Shown: positions 1 through 10,323 of the stretch, piece by piece
Layout: each line of letters opens with the position of its first letter
Position numbering within the stretch: position 1 is the first letter of the stretch
Virus record (IMG/VR): IMGVR_UViG_3300026270_000013
Location: 1-35,816 of that record
From: a virus
Lineage: Duplodnaviria; Caudoviricetes
Direction: 5' to 3' (one strand)
Length of the DNA: 35,816 nt
Made by a program: the position numbers and the translations under genes
The notes under the pieces: model-generated
Databases searched by the model: none
Seen by the model: only the letters and a program-made list of their open reading frames with translations
What the model was told of the DNA's origin: nothing

Positions 1-2
1 GT

Positions 3-2141
3 GGCGCCACGACACAATATCAAGGTGGAGAGGTTGTAGTTGGATTTTTCTTTGATGGTGATGATGCACAACAACCTGTAATTTTTGGAACTCTATTCAA
101 ACAATCTTTCATTGGAGATCAATTATCAAGTAAAGATTTTGATGGTAAAAAACAGACTTGTTTCGTTCCATACACACCACCAAAAGTTAGACAGAGGGCT
201 GGTAAACATAGATTCTATTCAGAGTCACCTTGGCCTGGTGGATTTTCACCTGGCGAGGCTTTAAAAACTATTGCAGCAAAACAGAAAGAGGCTGCTACAA
301 ATATTACTATTGACAATTTCACTGCATGTGAAGATAATGAGATATCAAAAATAAGTAATGCAGTAAAGGATTTCACTCGCAAGATGGAAACCCTTCAACA
401 ATTGAATGAACAGAGTTCATATGTTGATCCGATTTATGGTGGTGTTATTAATATTCAAGATGAAATAAAACTAACAACATCAAGAATTCAAAATTCGACA
501 ACAAAATTAGTTCGTCGTGCTAGATCATGGTTGATTCAAGATACTCTTGATAAATTAAACGCAACTTTGAAAGATCAAACGCCGAAGACTTTACAAGCAC
601 CTGTAGGACAAGCTACTAAATCACTTACTGATGTTATTTTTTGTAATATTGAAAAGATACAGGGAGCTCTTGAAGATTATCTTTCAAAAAGTTTAGAAAA
701 CATGATAGGTCAAGTCTTAGATGTACCTATTTGTGGTGTTGAAAACTTTTTGGCTGATATGTTTGGTCAGATCAATAATATTCTAGATTCTCAGTTGGGG
801 GACATATTTTCACAATTAAACAATATTCAAGGTGGTGGTATTGCACTTCCCAGTAAAACATTTTCAAAAGCGATTAAGTTTGCAAACATTATCACAAATG
901 TTCTTGATTGTGATTCTTTAAATTGTCCAGAAAATACTACATATTCTTCAAAAAATGGTGTTTCAAAATCAATAGGGGATAGTTTTGATAGTATAATTGA
1001 TAAAGTTGGATTATCATCTTTAGTTAATCCTCTTGTAGATAACCTTAATGATGCGATTCCAGCTACACCATCTAAACCAGATTGTCAAACTGATGTTCTT
1101 AAGTGTGGGCCTCCAAGAGTGGACTTTATAGGTGGCACTGGTCAAGGTGCAACTGGAAGTGCGATTGTAAATGCTCTTGGAAATATCATAGGAGTCGCAA
1201 TAAATGGTACAGGATTTGGATTTAAAGAACCACCTTTACTTTCTTTCTTTGATGGTTGTGATAAAGGTTACGGTGCTGGAGGTTATCCTATCATGGGGTC
1301 TGTTTCACCTTTAATATATACTGAATCTGATAGACAGAGAGATTTGATATCATCAACTCAGTTAACTAATATAACTGATGAAACTGGTATTGATGATGAA
1401 ACTGGTCTAGGTCAAATTACTAAAATTATTCCTGATGGAAAAAAAGTTGGAGATGCTGTAATTGATAATGATGAAAACTCTATTAAAATAAAGGATGTTG
1501 GACTAGAAGTAAATAATACTAATCTACCAGTTTATGTTCCTGATCCAAATGGAAACGAACTTGGTGTGATTGGTGTTGTGATTACCAACCCTGGCCAAGA
1601 ATATCTTTCAAATACAACTGAAACTGATATTGATGGAAACATTAAAGAGTTAATCCCAGATCCAAATGCAAACTATGATGGAGAACAATCATATGTGACA
1701 TCTTTAGATGATGTTATTGTTGAAAATACAGGTTTTGGATATGGTGATGATGATACAGCATCAGTGAGTGGAGGATCTGTTGGTGATGCTGGTGCTGGTG
1801 ATGTTGGTGATGCTGGTTCAGTGAGTGAAACACCTGTTGATGCCGCTGGTAATATTTTGCCAGGCGATGCAACAGGTGATATAATACAGAAGCCTGGTCA
1901 GGCACAGGTTGAATTAAATATTAGAGATGGATTGATCGTGGGTGTAAATGTTGTGAACGGTGGATTTGGATTTACTGGACTTCCAGAGATCACGATAAAT
2001 AGTGACACTGGAGCTGGTGCAAAATTATTACCAGTACTCAAATTCACTAAGGTTGATGACGCATTCAAACTTGCTGACACAAATAGTCCTTTCAATAGAA
2101 ATCTACCTGTTGTGACTGTAATTAGTTGTATCGAGAAGTAA
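3..2141 (+). CDS. T4 gp5-like baseplate hub subunit (5'-partial; no recognisable lysozyme domain)
   Basis: The frame of the 384..2141 ORF is open back to base 3 and reads GATTQYQGGEVVVGFFFDGDDAQQPVIFG, the 'V.GFF.DG..aQ.P.I.G' motif of the gp5 N-terminal OB fold. The true start lies upstream of the window. A helical region follows, then G-G-GA-A / NPG.GY-type repeats typical of cyanophage baseplate proteins. Confidence 0.8.
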   Translation, partial: GATTQYQGGEVVVGFFFDGDDAQQPVIFGTLFKQSFIGDQLSSKDFDGKKQTCFVPYTPPKVRQRAGKHRFYSESPWPGGFSPGEALKTIAAKQKEAATNITIDNFTACEDNEISKISNAVKDFTRKMETLQQLNEQSSYVDPIYGGVINIQDEIKLTTSRIQNSTTKLVRRARSWLIQDTLDKLNATLKDQTPKTLQAPVGQATKSLTDVIFCNIEKIQGALEDYLSKSLENMIGQVLDVPICGVENFLADMFGQINNILDSQLGDIFSQLNNIQGGGIALPSKTFSKAIKFANIITNVLDCDSLNCPENTTYSSKNGVSKSIGDSFDSIIDKVGLSSLVNPLVDNLNDAIPATPSKPDCQTDVLKCGPPRVDFIGGTGQGATGSAIVNALGNIIGVAINGTGFGFKEPPLLSFFDGCDKGYGAGGYPIMGSVSPLIYTESDRQRDLISSTQLTNITDETGIDDETGLGQITKIIPDGKKVGDAVIDNDENSIKIKDVGLEVNNTNLPVYVPDPNGNELGVIGVVITNPGQEYLSNTTETDIDGNIKELIPDPNANYDGEQSYVTSLDDVIVENTGFGYGDDDTASVSGGSVGDAGAGDVGDAGSVSETPVDAAGNILPGDATGDIIQKPGQAQVELNIRDGLIVGVNVVNGGFGFTGLPEITINSDTGAGAKLLPVLKFTKVDDAFKLADTNSPFNRNLPVVTVISCIEK

Positions 2142-2142
2142 G

Positions 2143-2766
2143 ATGACAAATAGCAAAGCTCCAAATGACGGTCAAAATTTAGAATGTGATAAACACCTGA
2201 GATATGTTGTTCAGAGTGGACAGAGTAGCATACATGGAGACACTCTGTATGAACTACAAACACAGGAGGCTCAGTCTTTTGCGTTTCACTCTGGAACTGG
2301 CCAAGGAGGTTCTGGTGGTGGGCCTGGAACTGGTAAGGCAGTTTTATATACGCCAGGATCATCAACTGAAGTTCTTGGTGAAGGTTTAAAAGTTAGAACT
2401 AACAATGATCTTAGTCAACTACCAGCGAAAATTATAAAGTGTAAAAAAGGTGATGTAGTTATTGATTGTGAGAATGGAGACATCACACTTAGAGGAAGAA
2501 ATATAAATTTTGAAGCAATCGGTGGTGATCAAGGTGGTCAATTCAATATAAAAGCCACTAGGGTTGCAACCATTGATTCACCAGATATTCGACTTCAAGG
2601 TGAAAAGATATTAATAAAATCCGATAACACATGTAATATAATAAGTAAGGGTTTCTTGGAACTTAAATCTGGGTTTACATTATCGGCATCTTTTGCTGAT
2701 GAGTCTTTTGGAACCATGTCTCAAGTTCTAAAATCAGCAACAACAATTAATCCACCAACAATTTAA
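2143..2766 (+). CDS. Putative baseplate spike protein (gp5 C-terminal beta-helix-like)
   Basis: Separated from the gp5 stop by 1 nt. C-terminal half has short alternating beta-strand repeats (DVVIDCENGDITLRGRNINFEA...QFNIKATRVATIDSPDIRLQGEKILIKS) resembling gp5/VgrG beta-helix spikes. Function inferred. Confidence 0.5.
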   Translation: MTNSKAPNDGQNLECDKHLRYVVQSGQSSIHGDTLYELQTQEAQSFAFHSGTGQGGSGGGPGTGKAVLYTPGSSTEVLGEGLKVRTNNDLSQLPAKIIKCKKGDVVIDCENGDITLRGRNINFEAIGGDQGGQFNIKATRVATIDSPDIRLQGEKILIKSDNTCNIISKGFLELKSGFTLSASFADESFGTMSQVLKSATTINPPTI

Positions 2767-3641
2767 TGAACATATCTAGACAACAACTTGATAAATTGGT
2801 CGTGGGAACAAATGATGTCTCCTATGTTCCACCTGACACTTCTCCAACTGGAACTGCGGTCTTAAATGGCCCTGTTTATATTGGAAAACCATCAGCTGCG
2901 CCAGGATATGAGGGTGCTTTGAACGTTGCATCAAACGGTGCTGTTCAAAATCCACTTGACACTCAACCAGCATATCAATCAACTTTAGCAATTAAATCAG
3001 ATGGTAATCTAACTGTCGTTGGTGATGGTAAGACTCCAAATGCTTTACTCATATCTGGTGGGTCATCTGTTGATACCGTTCATGTCATAGGTGATATGCA
3101 TGTTACAGGTAGTGTAGATTGTGGAAATAAAGGCAGACTCGCTGCTAGATTCGGAGTTGCTGACTCGATTCCAAAACCATTTGATTTAAAACACCCAACA
3201 AAGGGTGATGGTCATCGACTTCGTTATGCTTGTATTGAGGGCCCAGAGGCAGGGGTTTACTATCGTGGTAGATTAAAGGAATCAAATGTAATTGAATTAC
3301 CATACTATTGGAAAGATTTGGTTCACTCTGATAGTATCACCGTTCAATTACAACCAATTGGATCAAATCAAAATCTTGTGATTCAAGAGTTTGATAATGA
3401 ATTTATTGTCATTGCAGAGGATTCAACTAATACTGATTTGGTTACTGGTTTATCAACTATTGATTGTTTTTACCATGTGTATGGGGAAAGAATAGATGTT
3501 AATCCTTTGATAGTTGAATATGAGGGTAATAGTTGGGAAGATTATCCAGATCCAAATTTTAATCCAAATAAGGTTGACACTGATAAGAGAAATACAAAAG
3601 ATCCTCGATTCTCTGGCCCACCAAATACATTTACAAGATGA
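2766..3641 (+). CDS. Conserved phage structural protein (spike/fibre tip-associated)
   Basis: TAATG-coupled to the previous gene. Contains KPFDLKHPTK..HRLRYACIEGPEAGVYYRGRL...IELP.YW..LV, a motif I recognise from C-terminal regions of phage fibre/spike proteins. Confidence 0.5.
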   Translation: MNISRQQLDKLVVGTNDVSYVPPDTSPTGTAVLNGPVYIGKPSAAPGYEGALNVASNGAVQNPLDTQPAYQSTLAIKSDGNLTVVGDGKTPNALLISGGSSVDTVHVIGDMHVTGSVDCGNKGRLAARFGVADSIPKPFDLKHPTKGDGHRLRYACIEGPEAGVYYRGRLKESNVIELPYYWKDLVHSDSITVQLQPIGSNQNLVIQEFDNEFIVIAEDSTNTDLVTGLSTIDCFYHVYGERIDVNPLIVEYEGNSWEDYPDPNFNPNKVDTDKRNTKDPRFSGPPNTFTR

Positions 3642-4153
3642 GTTTTCCTTACATAGAAGAAAATTTTATTTCTTTAAGTGAGTGTCAAAGACTCATAGAT
3701 TATGCTAAATTAAATAAAAGTGAAAATGTAAGTCGTAACGATGTTTATTCTACAGATGTTGAATGGACTGATCATGGCGCTACATATTATGGTAATAATG
3801 TTGATTCTGTAATGCCTGAAGATGATGATGAAGTTGTCACAAAGGTTACTGAAAAGTGTAAAAGTTTAGTTGATTGTCAATTGGGTTATGTTGGTATTGT
3901 CAGATGGCCAATTGGAACATTCATGAAACCTCACTTTGATAATAACAATATTCATGCACCAAATAAACTTGCAGCGATGTTGTTTCTAAATAATGATTTT
4001 GAGGGTGGTAACTTAATTTTTGAGGATAGAGTAGTAAAACCAGAGCCAGGGAAAATAATTATCTTTGAAAATACAAAAAATCTTCATTATGTGGATAAAG
4101 TGGAGAACTCAGAGAGATATGCTTTCTCCTTTTGGTATTATTCCGTTGAATAA
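3638..4153 (+). CDS. 2OG-Fe(II) oxygenase, prolyl-4-hydroxylase-like
   Basis: HxD motif (MKPHFD), FLNNDFEGGNL, distal His (LHYV) and 2OG-binding Arg (ERYAFSFW). ATGA overlap with the previous gene. Confidence 0.9.
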   Translation: MSFPYIEENFISLSECQRLIDYAKLNKSENVSRNDVYSTDVEWTDHGATYYGNNVDSVMPEDDDEVVTKVTEKCKSLVDCQLGYVGIVRWPIGTFMKPHFDNNNIHAPNKLAAMLFLNNDFEGGNLIFEDRVVKPEPGKIIIFENTKNLHYVDKVENSERYAFSFWYYSVE

Positions 4154-4156
4154 ATA
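4149..4156 (+). promoter_or_regulatory. T4-type late promoter (AATAAATA)
   Basis: Near match to the TATAAATA gp55 consensus, overlapping the oxygenase stop, ~35 nt upstream of the 4192 ATG. Confidence 0.55.
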
Positions 4157-4191
4157 AACTTAGACAGAATCTGTAATTAGAGAAGAGTAGG

Positions 4192-7100
4192 ATGCCCCTT
4201 TCAAGACTGGAGAATTTTCTAAAGAATATACAAGGTAACGTCATCTACGTTGATCCCAATGAATTAGATGCGACTGATAGTATTGAAAACCAAGGAAACT
4301 CCCAAACCCGACCATTTAAAACCATACAGAGGGCTCTAATCGAAGCTGCTAGGTTCTCTTATGTTGTAGGACAAAGAAACGATAAATTTGATTTAACAAC
4401 TATAATTCTTGCTGCTGGTACGCACACAGTTGATAACAGGCCAGGATTCATACCTGTTAATGTGAGTTCAGAGGCAAGATACACATCAAGATTTGGACAA
4501 ACAAACCAGATATTAAGTCCATTTGGACTTGGTAGTAACTTTGATTTAACGTCACCTGATAACGAACTATTCAAATTAAATAGTGTTCGTGGTGGTGTAA
4601 TCATTCCAAGAGGTACATCTATTGTAGGTAAAGATCTTCGTAAGACGAAAATAAGACCAAAATATGTTCCAGATCCAGAAAATAATAATATAGATCCATC
4701 TGCAATATTCAGATTAACAGGTGCTTGTTATATTTCACAGTTCACTATATTTGATGGAGATCCATCAGGTAACGTATATAAGGACTACACTTCAAACTTA
4801 TTCACACCAAGTTTCTCTCATCATAAACTAACTTGTTTTGAATATGCTGATGGTGCAAACCCAGTTCGTATTAAAGATAGTTTTATTGATGTAACTTCAA
4901 CATCAACTGATCTTGATATGTATTATCAGAAAGTTGGTGATGTGTATGATGCTGGTACAGGAAGACCAATCGAACCAGACTTCCCATCAGGTGATCTTGA
5001 TTTCCAAACAAGAGTTGAAGAATATCGTATTGTAGGTTCAAAAGGACAACAGGTTGGTATCTCATCAATCAAGGCTGGTGATGGTGCAACTGCATCTACA
5101 ACAGTGACTGTTGATCTAGATGCATCTCTTACAGATCTTTCAATTGACACTCCAGTTCGTATTTCTGGTATTAGTACATCAGGATATAACGGAATCTTCG
5201 TTGTATCTGAGGTTGTTTCAAATACACAGTTCAAGTATGTGGTTGGTGCTGCACCAAACAATCCATTACCAACACTAACAAGTGCAAACGTGAACATTGA
5301 AGTTGATACAATCAACTCTGCTTCACCATACTTGTTTAACTTATCGAAGAGATCCGTCTTTGGTATGAATGGTATTCACTTGGATGGATCAAAGGTTACA
5401 GGATTCAAGAGTGGATTACTTGCACAGTTTACAGGTAACGCACTTCAGAAAGATGATAAGGCATTTGTTCGTTATAACTCAACATCTGGACAGTATGAGG
5501 ATTACACAAGTGTAGATAATTTACATTTAGATCCATCTGCGGTTTACCGTCCAGAGTATGAATCAACTCACGTTCGTGCATCAAATGATTCAATTGTTCA
5601 AGCTGTGTCTGTCTTTGCGATTGGTCATAAGAGTCAATATGTAGCAGATACAGGTGGTGAACTATCACTTGCAAACTGTAATGCAAACTTTGGTGAAAAC
5701 GCCTTGATGTCTGAGGGATTCAAGAAAACTGCATTTACTCCAGACAGTGCTGCTTACATTACACATTTGATTCCACCAAAAGAAATTACAGATGGAAATG
5801 CAAATGTTGATTATCTATCACTAGATGTTGATAAGACAATCGGTGTGGGTGCATCAACAAGACTATACTTTGAAGGATTTACAAACCAAGACGCACCACC
5901 CCCACACATTGTAGATGGATTTAGATTTGGTGCTGCTTTAGATGATAAAATAAGATTACAATTAAATGTAAATGGAAATGAAGGTAATTTCATTTCTAAA
6001 GTGGTGATGCCAACTCAGACTGGTATTACATCTAATACAGGTGAAAAGAGATATGTTGTTGGTAATGCTGTTGGTGTAAGTAGTATTAGTTCAAACATCA
6101 TATCACTAAAGACTGATCATGAGTTGATCACTGGTGAATCAATTCGTGTAATTGCAAACAACGGTTTCTTACCTGATGGATTAGAGGAGGATCAAGTTTA
6201 CTTTACTATTAAAGGTAGTAATGCATACGATCTTAAGATTGCAAGAACATTAAACGATGCGTTAGATGGAACAGCACTTACAATTAACAACACTGGTGGT
6301 GAACTTACAGTTGTAAGTCGTGTATCCGATAAGAAATCTGGTGATATCGGACATCCAATTCAATTTGATAATATCAACAAACATTGGTTTGTGAATGTTT
6401 CAATCGAAGGAGCAGATAATGAAATCTATCCCACATTTGTTGGAGTTGGAACAACTGCTCTTGGTGCAAATACACCGAAGTCATTCTTTGTTAGAAAAGA
6501 AAACTCAAGAAGTATCGAAGATTCAATTTATAAGTTTAGATATGTAATCCCAGCTGGTATCACAACTGCAAGACCACCAATTGAGGGTTATGTTTTACAA
6601 GAGACAAGTGACACAACTGCTTCAACTGATGCAGAAATTACAACCACATCATTAACTAACATTGACGATCAAAGAAATTTCCACTTTATTAATGAGGCGA
6701 ATTGGGAGTCATCAAACAACGTTGCAACATTGATGTCAGAAGAACCACATAACTTAACTGTTGGTTCTGTAGTTAATATTAATAAAGTTACATCTGACAA
6801 TAACGCAACTGGTATCGGTAGCTCTGGATTTAATGGAAGATTCTCAGTCATAGGTATTACAAGTGATAGAGGATTCCAATATTCACTTGAATCAGATCCA
6901 GGCACATCAACTCTTGATTCTCAAACAAGAACTGTAGATAATTTACCAAACTTCTCAAAGAATGAATATGCACAAAGTTTCTACATTTTTAAATCTGAAG
7001 AGGTCAAGGAACACATCACAGGAGAACAAGATGGTGTTTATCATTTAACTTGTCTACATTATGATGTCAGACCAACGGTATCACCGTTTACAAACTATAA

Positions 7101-10100
7101 ATTTAGTCAGCCAGTTAAAGATCTATATCCACAGGTTGACCGAGATAATCCAACATCTGATCCTAATGCAGCAATCAGTCATGCCGTATCGAAGACAATC
7201 GGTAAAGTTGCATCAAGTGATTTAAAAGATAGTATCACAAAAGATACTCAAAATAAATTCTTACTCCAAAATGGTATCAGTGTTGGAATTACAAGTGTTG
7301 TATCTGACAATGGTGCTGGACTTGCTCACACTGCATTCTTATCTGTTGAACATAATTTAAATTCAATACTTTCTGTTGGTATTCAATCTGCTGGTGCTGG
7401 ATATGGTGAAGGATCTGCTACAACTCTATTTGGTGCAAAACTTGTTGGTGTTGGGGTAGGTAGTACAGCGAGTGGTGGTGCGACTGCGAATGTAACTGTT
7501 TCTGCTGCTGGTACGATTACAGGAGTCACAATTGTAAATGGTGGTGGTGCGTATGGTATTGGTAACTCTGTTCAGGTTATCGGTGTTACAACCTCTTCTG
7601 GACATGTAGTTGGTATTTTAACAGTCACAGATGTTTATAGTGCTGTTGATCAAGTTGTACAAATCACTGGTATTCGATCTGATACAAACTTAAAACTTAA
7701 TAATACATTTAGAGTTACAGATACACCAAGTCCAAAATCTGTATCGTTTGCATCTACAGAGGTCATTGACTTTGGTAGACAACTTGGAGAGAGTAGTAAT
7801 AATATCACAGTTGGTGCTGCGGTATCAGACGCAACAATGTCATTTATAGGCCCTGCGATCAATGTTGAAAGTATTTCCTATGATATTACCACAGGTATTG
7901 CAACAGTTGGATCTGGTAATACTGCACATGGATTACTTGCTGGATCAAAGGTCAAACTTGCTGGTGCTGGTCAAACAGTATATAATGGTGTTTTTGTTGT
8001 ACAGGAAAACGTAGGACTCACTACATTTACAGTTAATCTTGGTGTATCAACTGTATCCGCACCAACGTTGTCTGGAACAGTGTTTGGATTCCCTGGCGGA
8101 TATTCCTCAAGTGATGGTGCAATTAGCGCTGATGATGAGAAGATTGGAAGTAGAATGTCTAACTTCTTTGTTGGAATCACTACAACACTTTCTGCTGGTA
8201 TTACATCTACATCATCTTCGATCAGTATTTCAGATGCAACCGCAAGTGGATTGAACATTGGTGACTATATCATGGTTAATGATGAGATGATGAGAATTAA
8301 GAACTCATCCATTAACTCTGTATTCAGAGGTGTGTTTGGAACTAAATCAACAAACCATGTATCAGGAACACAGATTAAGAAAGTTCGTGTAGTTCCTGTT
8401 GAATCTAGAAGAAACTCACTGATTCGCGCTGCAAACCAAACATTTGAATATGTTGGATTTGGACAGGGTAACTACTCGGTTGCCTTACCAGAGAAACAAA
8501 CGAAAGTTCTATCTACGGAAGATCGTAAGTTAGGTCAGACACAGAAGAGAGGTGGAGGACAAAACTTCTACACTGGATTGAATGATGTTGGTGAATACTT
8601 CATTGGTAACAAGGTTATCAAAGGAACAACAGGTGAAGAGGAGATCTTTGATGCTCCAATTACAACTGTTACAGGTGAGGGTCATGATGTTGATAAGACA
8701 GAAACTGATGCTCTTAAAATTACTGGTGGTGCGAACAAAGATGTATTATCTGAATTCAATGGCCCATCAATCTTTACTAATAAAGTAACATCTACATCTG
8801 TTGATGGTATTGAAGCTGTATCATTACAATTGCAAGGTGATGGTAAAGTTGCTAGAAAGATTACAGTTGGAATTGCGACACCATCAGTCGGTGGTGCAGC
8901 TGGAGATGTGGTTCTCACTACTAAACCATCTGAGTCTGGATATGCTGGTTGGGTTTACACTACACAAAATACTTGGAGAAAGTTTGGTCTTGTATCAAGA
9001 GATGAAGATTCAGTTGTTGTAAGTGCAGATAAGATTGGTATTGGCACTACAAATCCAAATGGTGGCCTTGATGTAGTCGGTGATGTTAACATCTCTGGTG
9101 TATTGAATGCAACATCATATGGTAATGTTACTGCAACTGAATTTGTTGGTGATGGTTCTGGATTAACTGGTGTAATTGGAATTGGATCTGGTATTTCAAT
9201 CTTTGATAGTGACAGTCCAGTTGGAACTGCTGCGACTGTTAATTTTGGTGATAATCTCACAGTCCAGTTCTCTGCTGGTATTTCAACAATTGTTGGTGCT
9301 GCTGGAACTGAAAATGTAAGAACAAATAGTTTAGATGTAATTGGAGTTTCAACATTTAGAGACCATGTTCTAATTGGGCCTAATCTTTCTCTTAGTCGAG
9401 AAGGAAATGTATATACAACTGGTGTTGCAACGATTACTCAGGTAACTAGTGAAAACTTAAATGTATCGGGAATTGCAACAGTTGGATTTACGACTTCATC
9501 TAATGCTTTTTATACAGGTGTTGTAACTGCAACTACATTTAGTGGTGAATTAAGTGGAAATTCCACAACAGCCACTACTGCTTCAACTTCAACAAATATT
9601 ACTGTTAGTGATGAATCAACGGATACAGCGTGTAATGTAGTATTTGTAAACGATCCTACAGGTGCTCAACTACCTAAGACAGGAACAAATCTCACATTCA
9701 ACTCAAATACAGGTGAACTTGCACATACAAGTGCAGTTATTAGTAATCATGCAACTGTTGGTTCCGCTGTTACAATGAGTGAATCTGGAATTAATGTCAG
9801 TGGTATTGTAACTGCAACTCAATTTAAGGGAGATGGTTCAACATTAACAGGTGTCGTTGGTTCTGGTTCTGGTGTTGTCGTTGAACACGATGGATCAACA
9901 ATTGGAACTGCTGGAACAATTAACTTCTCAGCAAACTTAGACGTATCTCCAATATCTTCAGGTATTGTAACTGTGACTGCTCCTGATGCAATCAATGTAG
10001 GTATCACAACTAATCTATCAGGAACATTCACTGCAACTGCTGGTTCTCCATCCACATTAAATACTTATGCTTATGATTCAGTAGAACTTGTGTTTGAATA

Positions 10101-10323
10101 TACCGTATTCGTCAAGAATGGATCTAACTATCAATCTCAAAAACTATTAGTGATGAGAGATGGAACAACAGTGACTTCAACTCAATATGCTATCATGTAT
10201 AGTAACGATTTATTAGTTCAATTAGATGCTACAATAAATGGTAGTAATCTTCTGTTAAGAGCTACACCAGAAACAGGTGTCAGTGGATCAACGACATACA
10301 GAGTTAAGAGAGAGGTGGCTTAA
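4192..10323 (+). CDS. Large tail fibre / virion structural protein (2043 aa)
   Basis: N-terminus MPLSRLENFLKN..IYVDP....G.S..RPFKTIQRA is typical of cyanomyovirus fibre proteins. Repeated 'H.L..G..V.I.G....YNG.F.V' modules, a Thr/Gly/Val-rich shaft (IGIGTTNP, GIVTAT, F.GDGS.LTG) and a C-terminal beta domain (EYTVFVKNG..YQSQKLLVMRDG....TQYA). Confidence 0.85.
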   Translation: MPLSRLENFLKNIQGNVIYVDPNELDATDSIENQGNSQTRPFKTIQRALIEAARFSYVVGQRNDKFDLTTIILAAGTHTVDNRPGFIPVNVSSEARYTSRFGQTNQILSPFGLGSNFDLTSPDNELFKLNSVRGGVIIPRGTSIVGKDLRKTKIRPKYVPDPENNNIDPSAIFRLTGACYISQFTIFDGDPSGNVYKDYTSNLFTPSFSHHKLTCFEYADGANPVRIKDSFIDVTSTSTDLDMYYQKVGDVYDAGTGRPIEPDFPSGDLDFQTRVEEYRIVGSKGQQVGISSIKAGDGATASTTVTVDLDASLTDLSIDTPVRISGISTSGYNGIFVVSEVVSNTQFKYVVGAAPNNPLPTLTSANVNIEVDTINSASPYLFNLSKRSVFGMNGIHLDGSKVTGFKSGLLAQFTGNALQKDDKAFVRYNSTSGQYEDYTSVDNLHLDPSAVYRPEYESTHVRASNDSIVQAVSVFAIGHKSQYVADTGGELSLANCNANFGENALMSEGFKKTAFTPDSAAYITHLIPPKEITDGNANVDYLSLDVDKTIGVGASTRLYFEGFTNQDAPPPHIVDGFRFGAALDDKIRLQLNVNGNEGNFISKVVMPTQTGITSNTGEKRYVVGNAVGVSSISSNIISLKTDHELITGESIRVIANNGFLPDGLEEDQVYFTIKGSNAYDLKIARTLNDALDGTALTINNTGGELTVVSRVSDKKSGDIGHPIQFDNINKHWFVNVSIEGADNEIYPTFVGVGTTALGANTPKSFFVRKENSRSIEDSIYKFRYVIPAGITTARPPIEGYVLQETSDTTASTDAEITTTSLTNIDDQRNFHFINEANWESSNNVATLMSEEPHNLTVGSVVNINKVTSDNNATGIGSSGFNGRFSVIGITSDRGFQYSLESDPGTSTLDSQTRTVDNLPNFSKNEYAQSFYIFKSEEVKEHITGEQDGVYHLTCLHYDVRPTVSPFTNYKFSQPVKDLYPQVDRDNPTSDPNAAISHAVSKTIGKVASSDLKDSITKDTQNKFLLQNGISVGITSVVSDNGAGLAHTAFLSVEHNLNSILSVGIQSAGAGYGEGSATTLFGAKLVGVGVGSTASGGATANVTVSAAGTITGVTIVNGGGAYGIGNSVQVIGVTTSSGHVVGILTVTDVYSAVDQVVQITGIRSDTNLKLNNTFRVTDTPSPKSVSFASTEVIDFGRQLGESSNNITVGAAVSDATMSFIGPAINVESISYDITTGIATVGSGNTAHGLLAGSKVKLAGAGQTVYNGVFVVQENVGLTTFTVNLGVSTVSAPTLSGTVFGFPGGYSSSDGAISADDEKIGSRMSNFFVGITTTLSAGITSTSSSISISDATASGLNIGDYIMVNDEMMRIKNSSINSVFRGVFGTKSTNHVSGTQIKKVRVVPVESRRNSLIRAANQTFEYVGFGQGNYSVALPEKQTKVLSTEDRKLGQTQKRGGGQNFYTGLNDVGEYFIGNKVIKGTTGEEEIFDAPITTVTGEGHDVDKTETDALKITGGANKDVLSEFNGPSIFTNKVTSTSVDGIEAVSLQLQGDGKVARKITVGIATPSVGGAAGDVVLTTKPSESGYAGWVYTTQNTWRKFGLVSRDEDSVVVSADKIGIGTTNPNGGLDVVGDVNISGVLNATSYGNVTATEFVGDGSGLTGVIGIGSGISIFDSDSPVGTAATVNFGDNLTVQFSAGISTIVGAAGTENVRTNSLDVIGVSTFRDHVLIGPNLSLSREGNVYTTGVATITQVTSENLNVSGIATVGFTTSSNAFYTGVVTATTFSGELSGNSTTATTASTSTNITVSDESTDTACNVVFVNDPTGAQLPKTGTNLTFNSNTGELAHTSAVISNHATVGSAVTMSESGINVSGIVTATQFKGDGSTLTGVVGSGSGVVVEHDGSTIGTAGTINFSANLDVSPISSGIVTVTAPDAINVGITTNLSGTFTATAGSPSTLNTYAYDSVELVFEYTVFVKNGSNYQSQKLLVMRDGTTVTSTQYAIMYSNDLLVQLDATINGSNLLLRATPETGVSGSTTYRVKREVA

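Noticed and set aside
384-386. ATG 384 as the start of the first gene
   Set aside because: The frame is open to the window edge and the conserved gp5 motif lies upstream of it.
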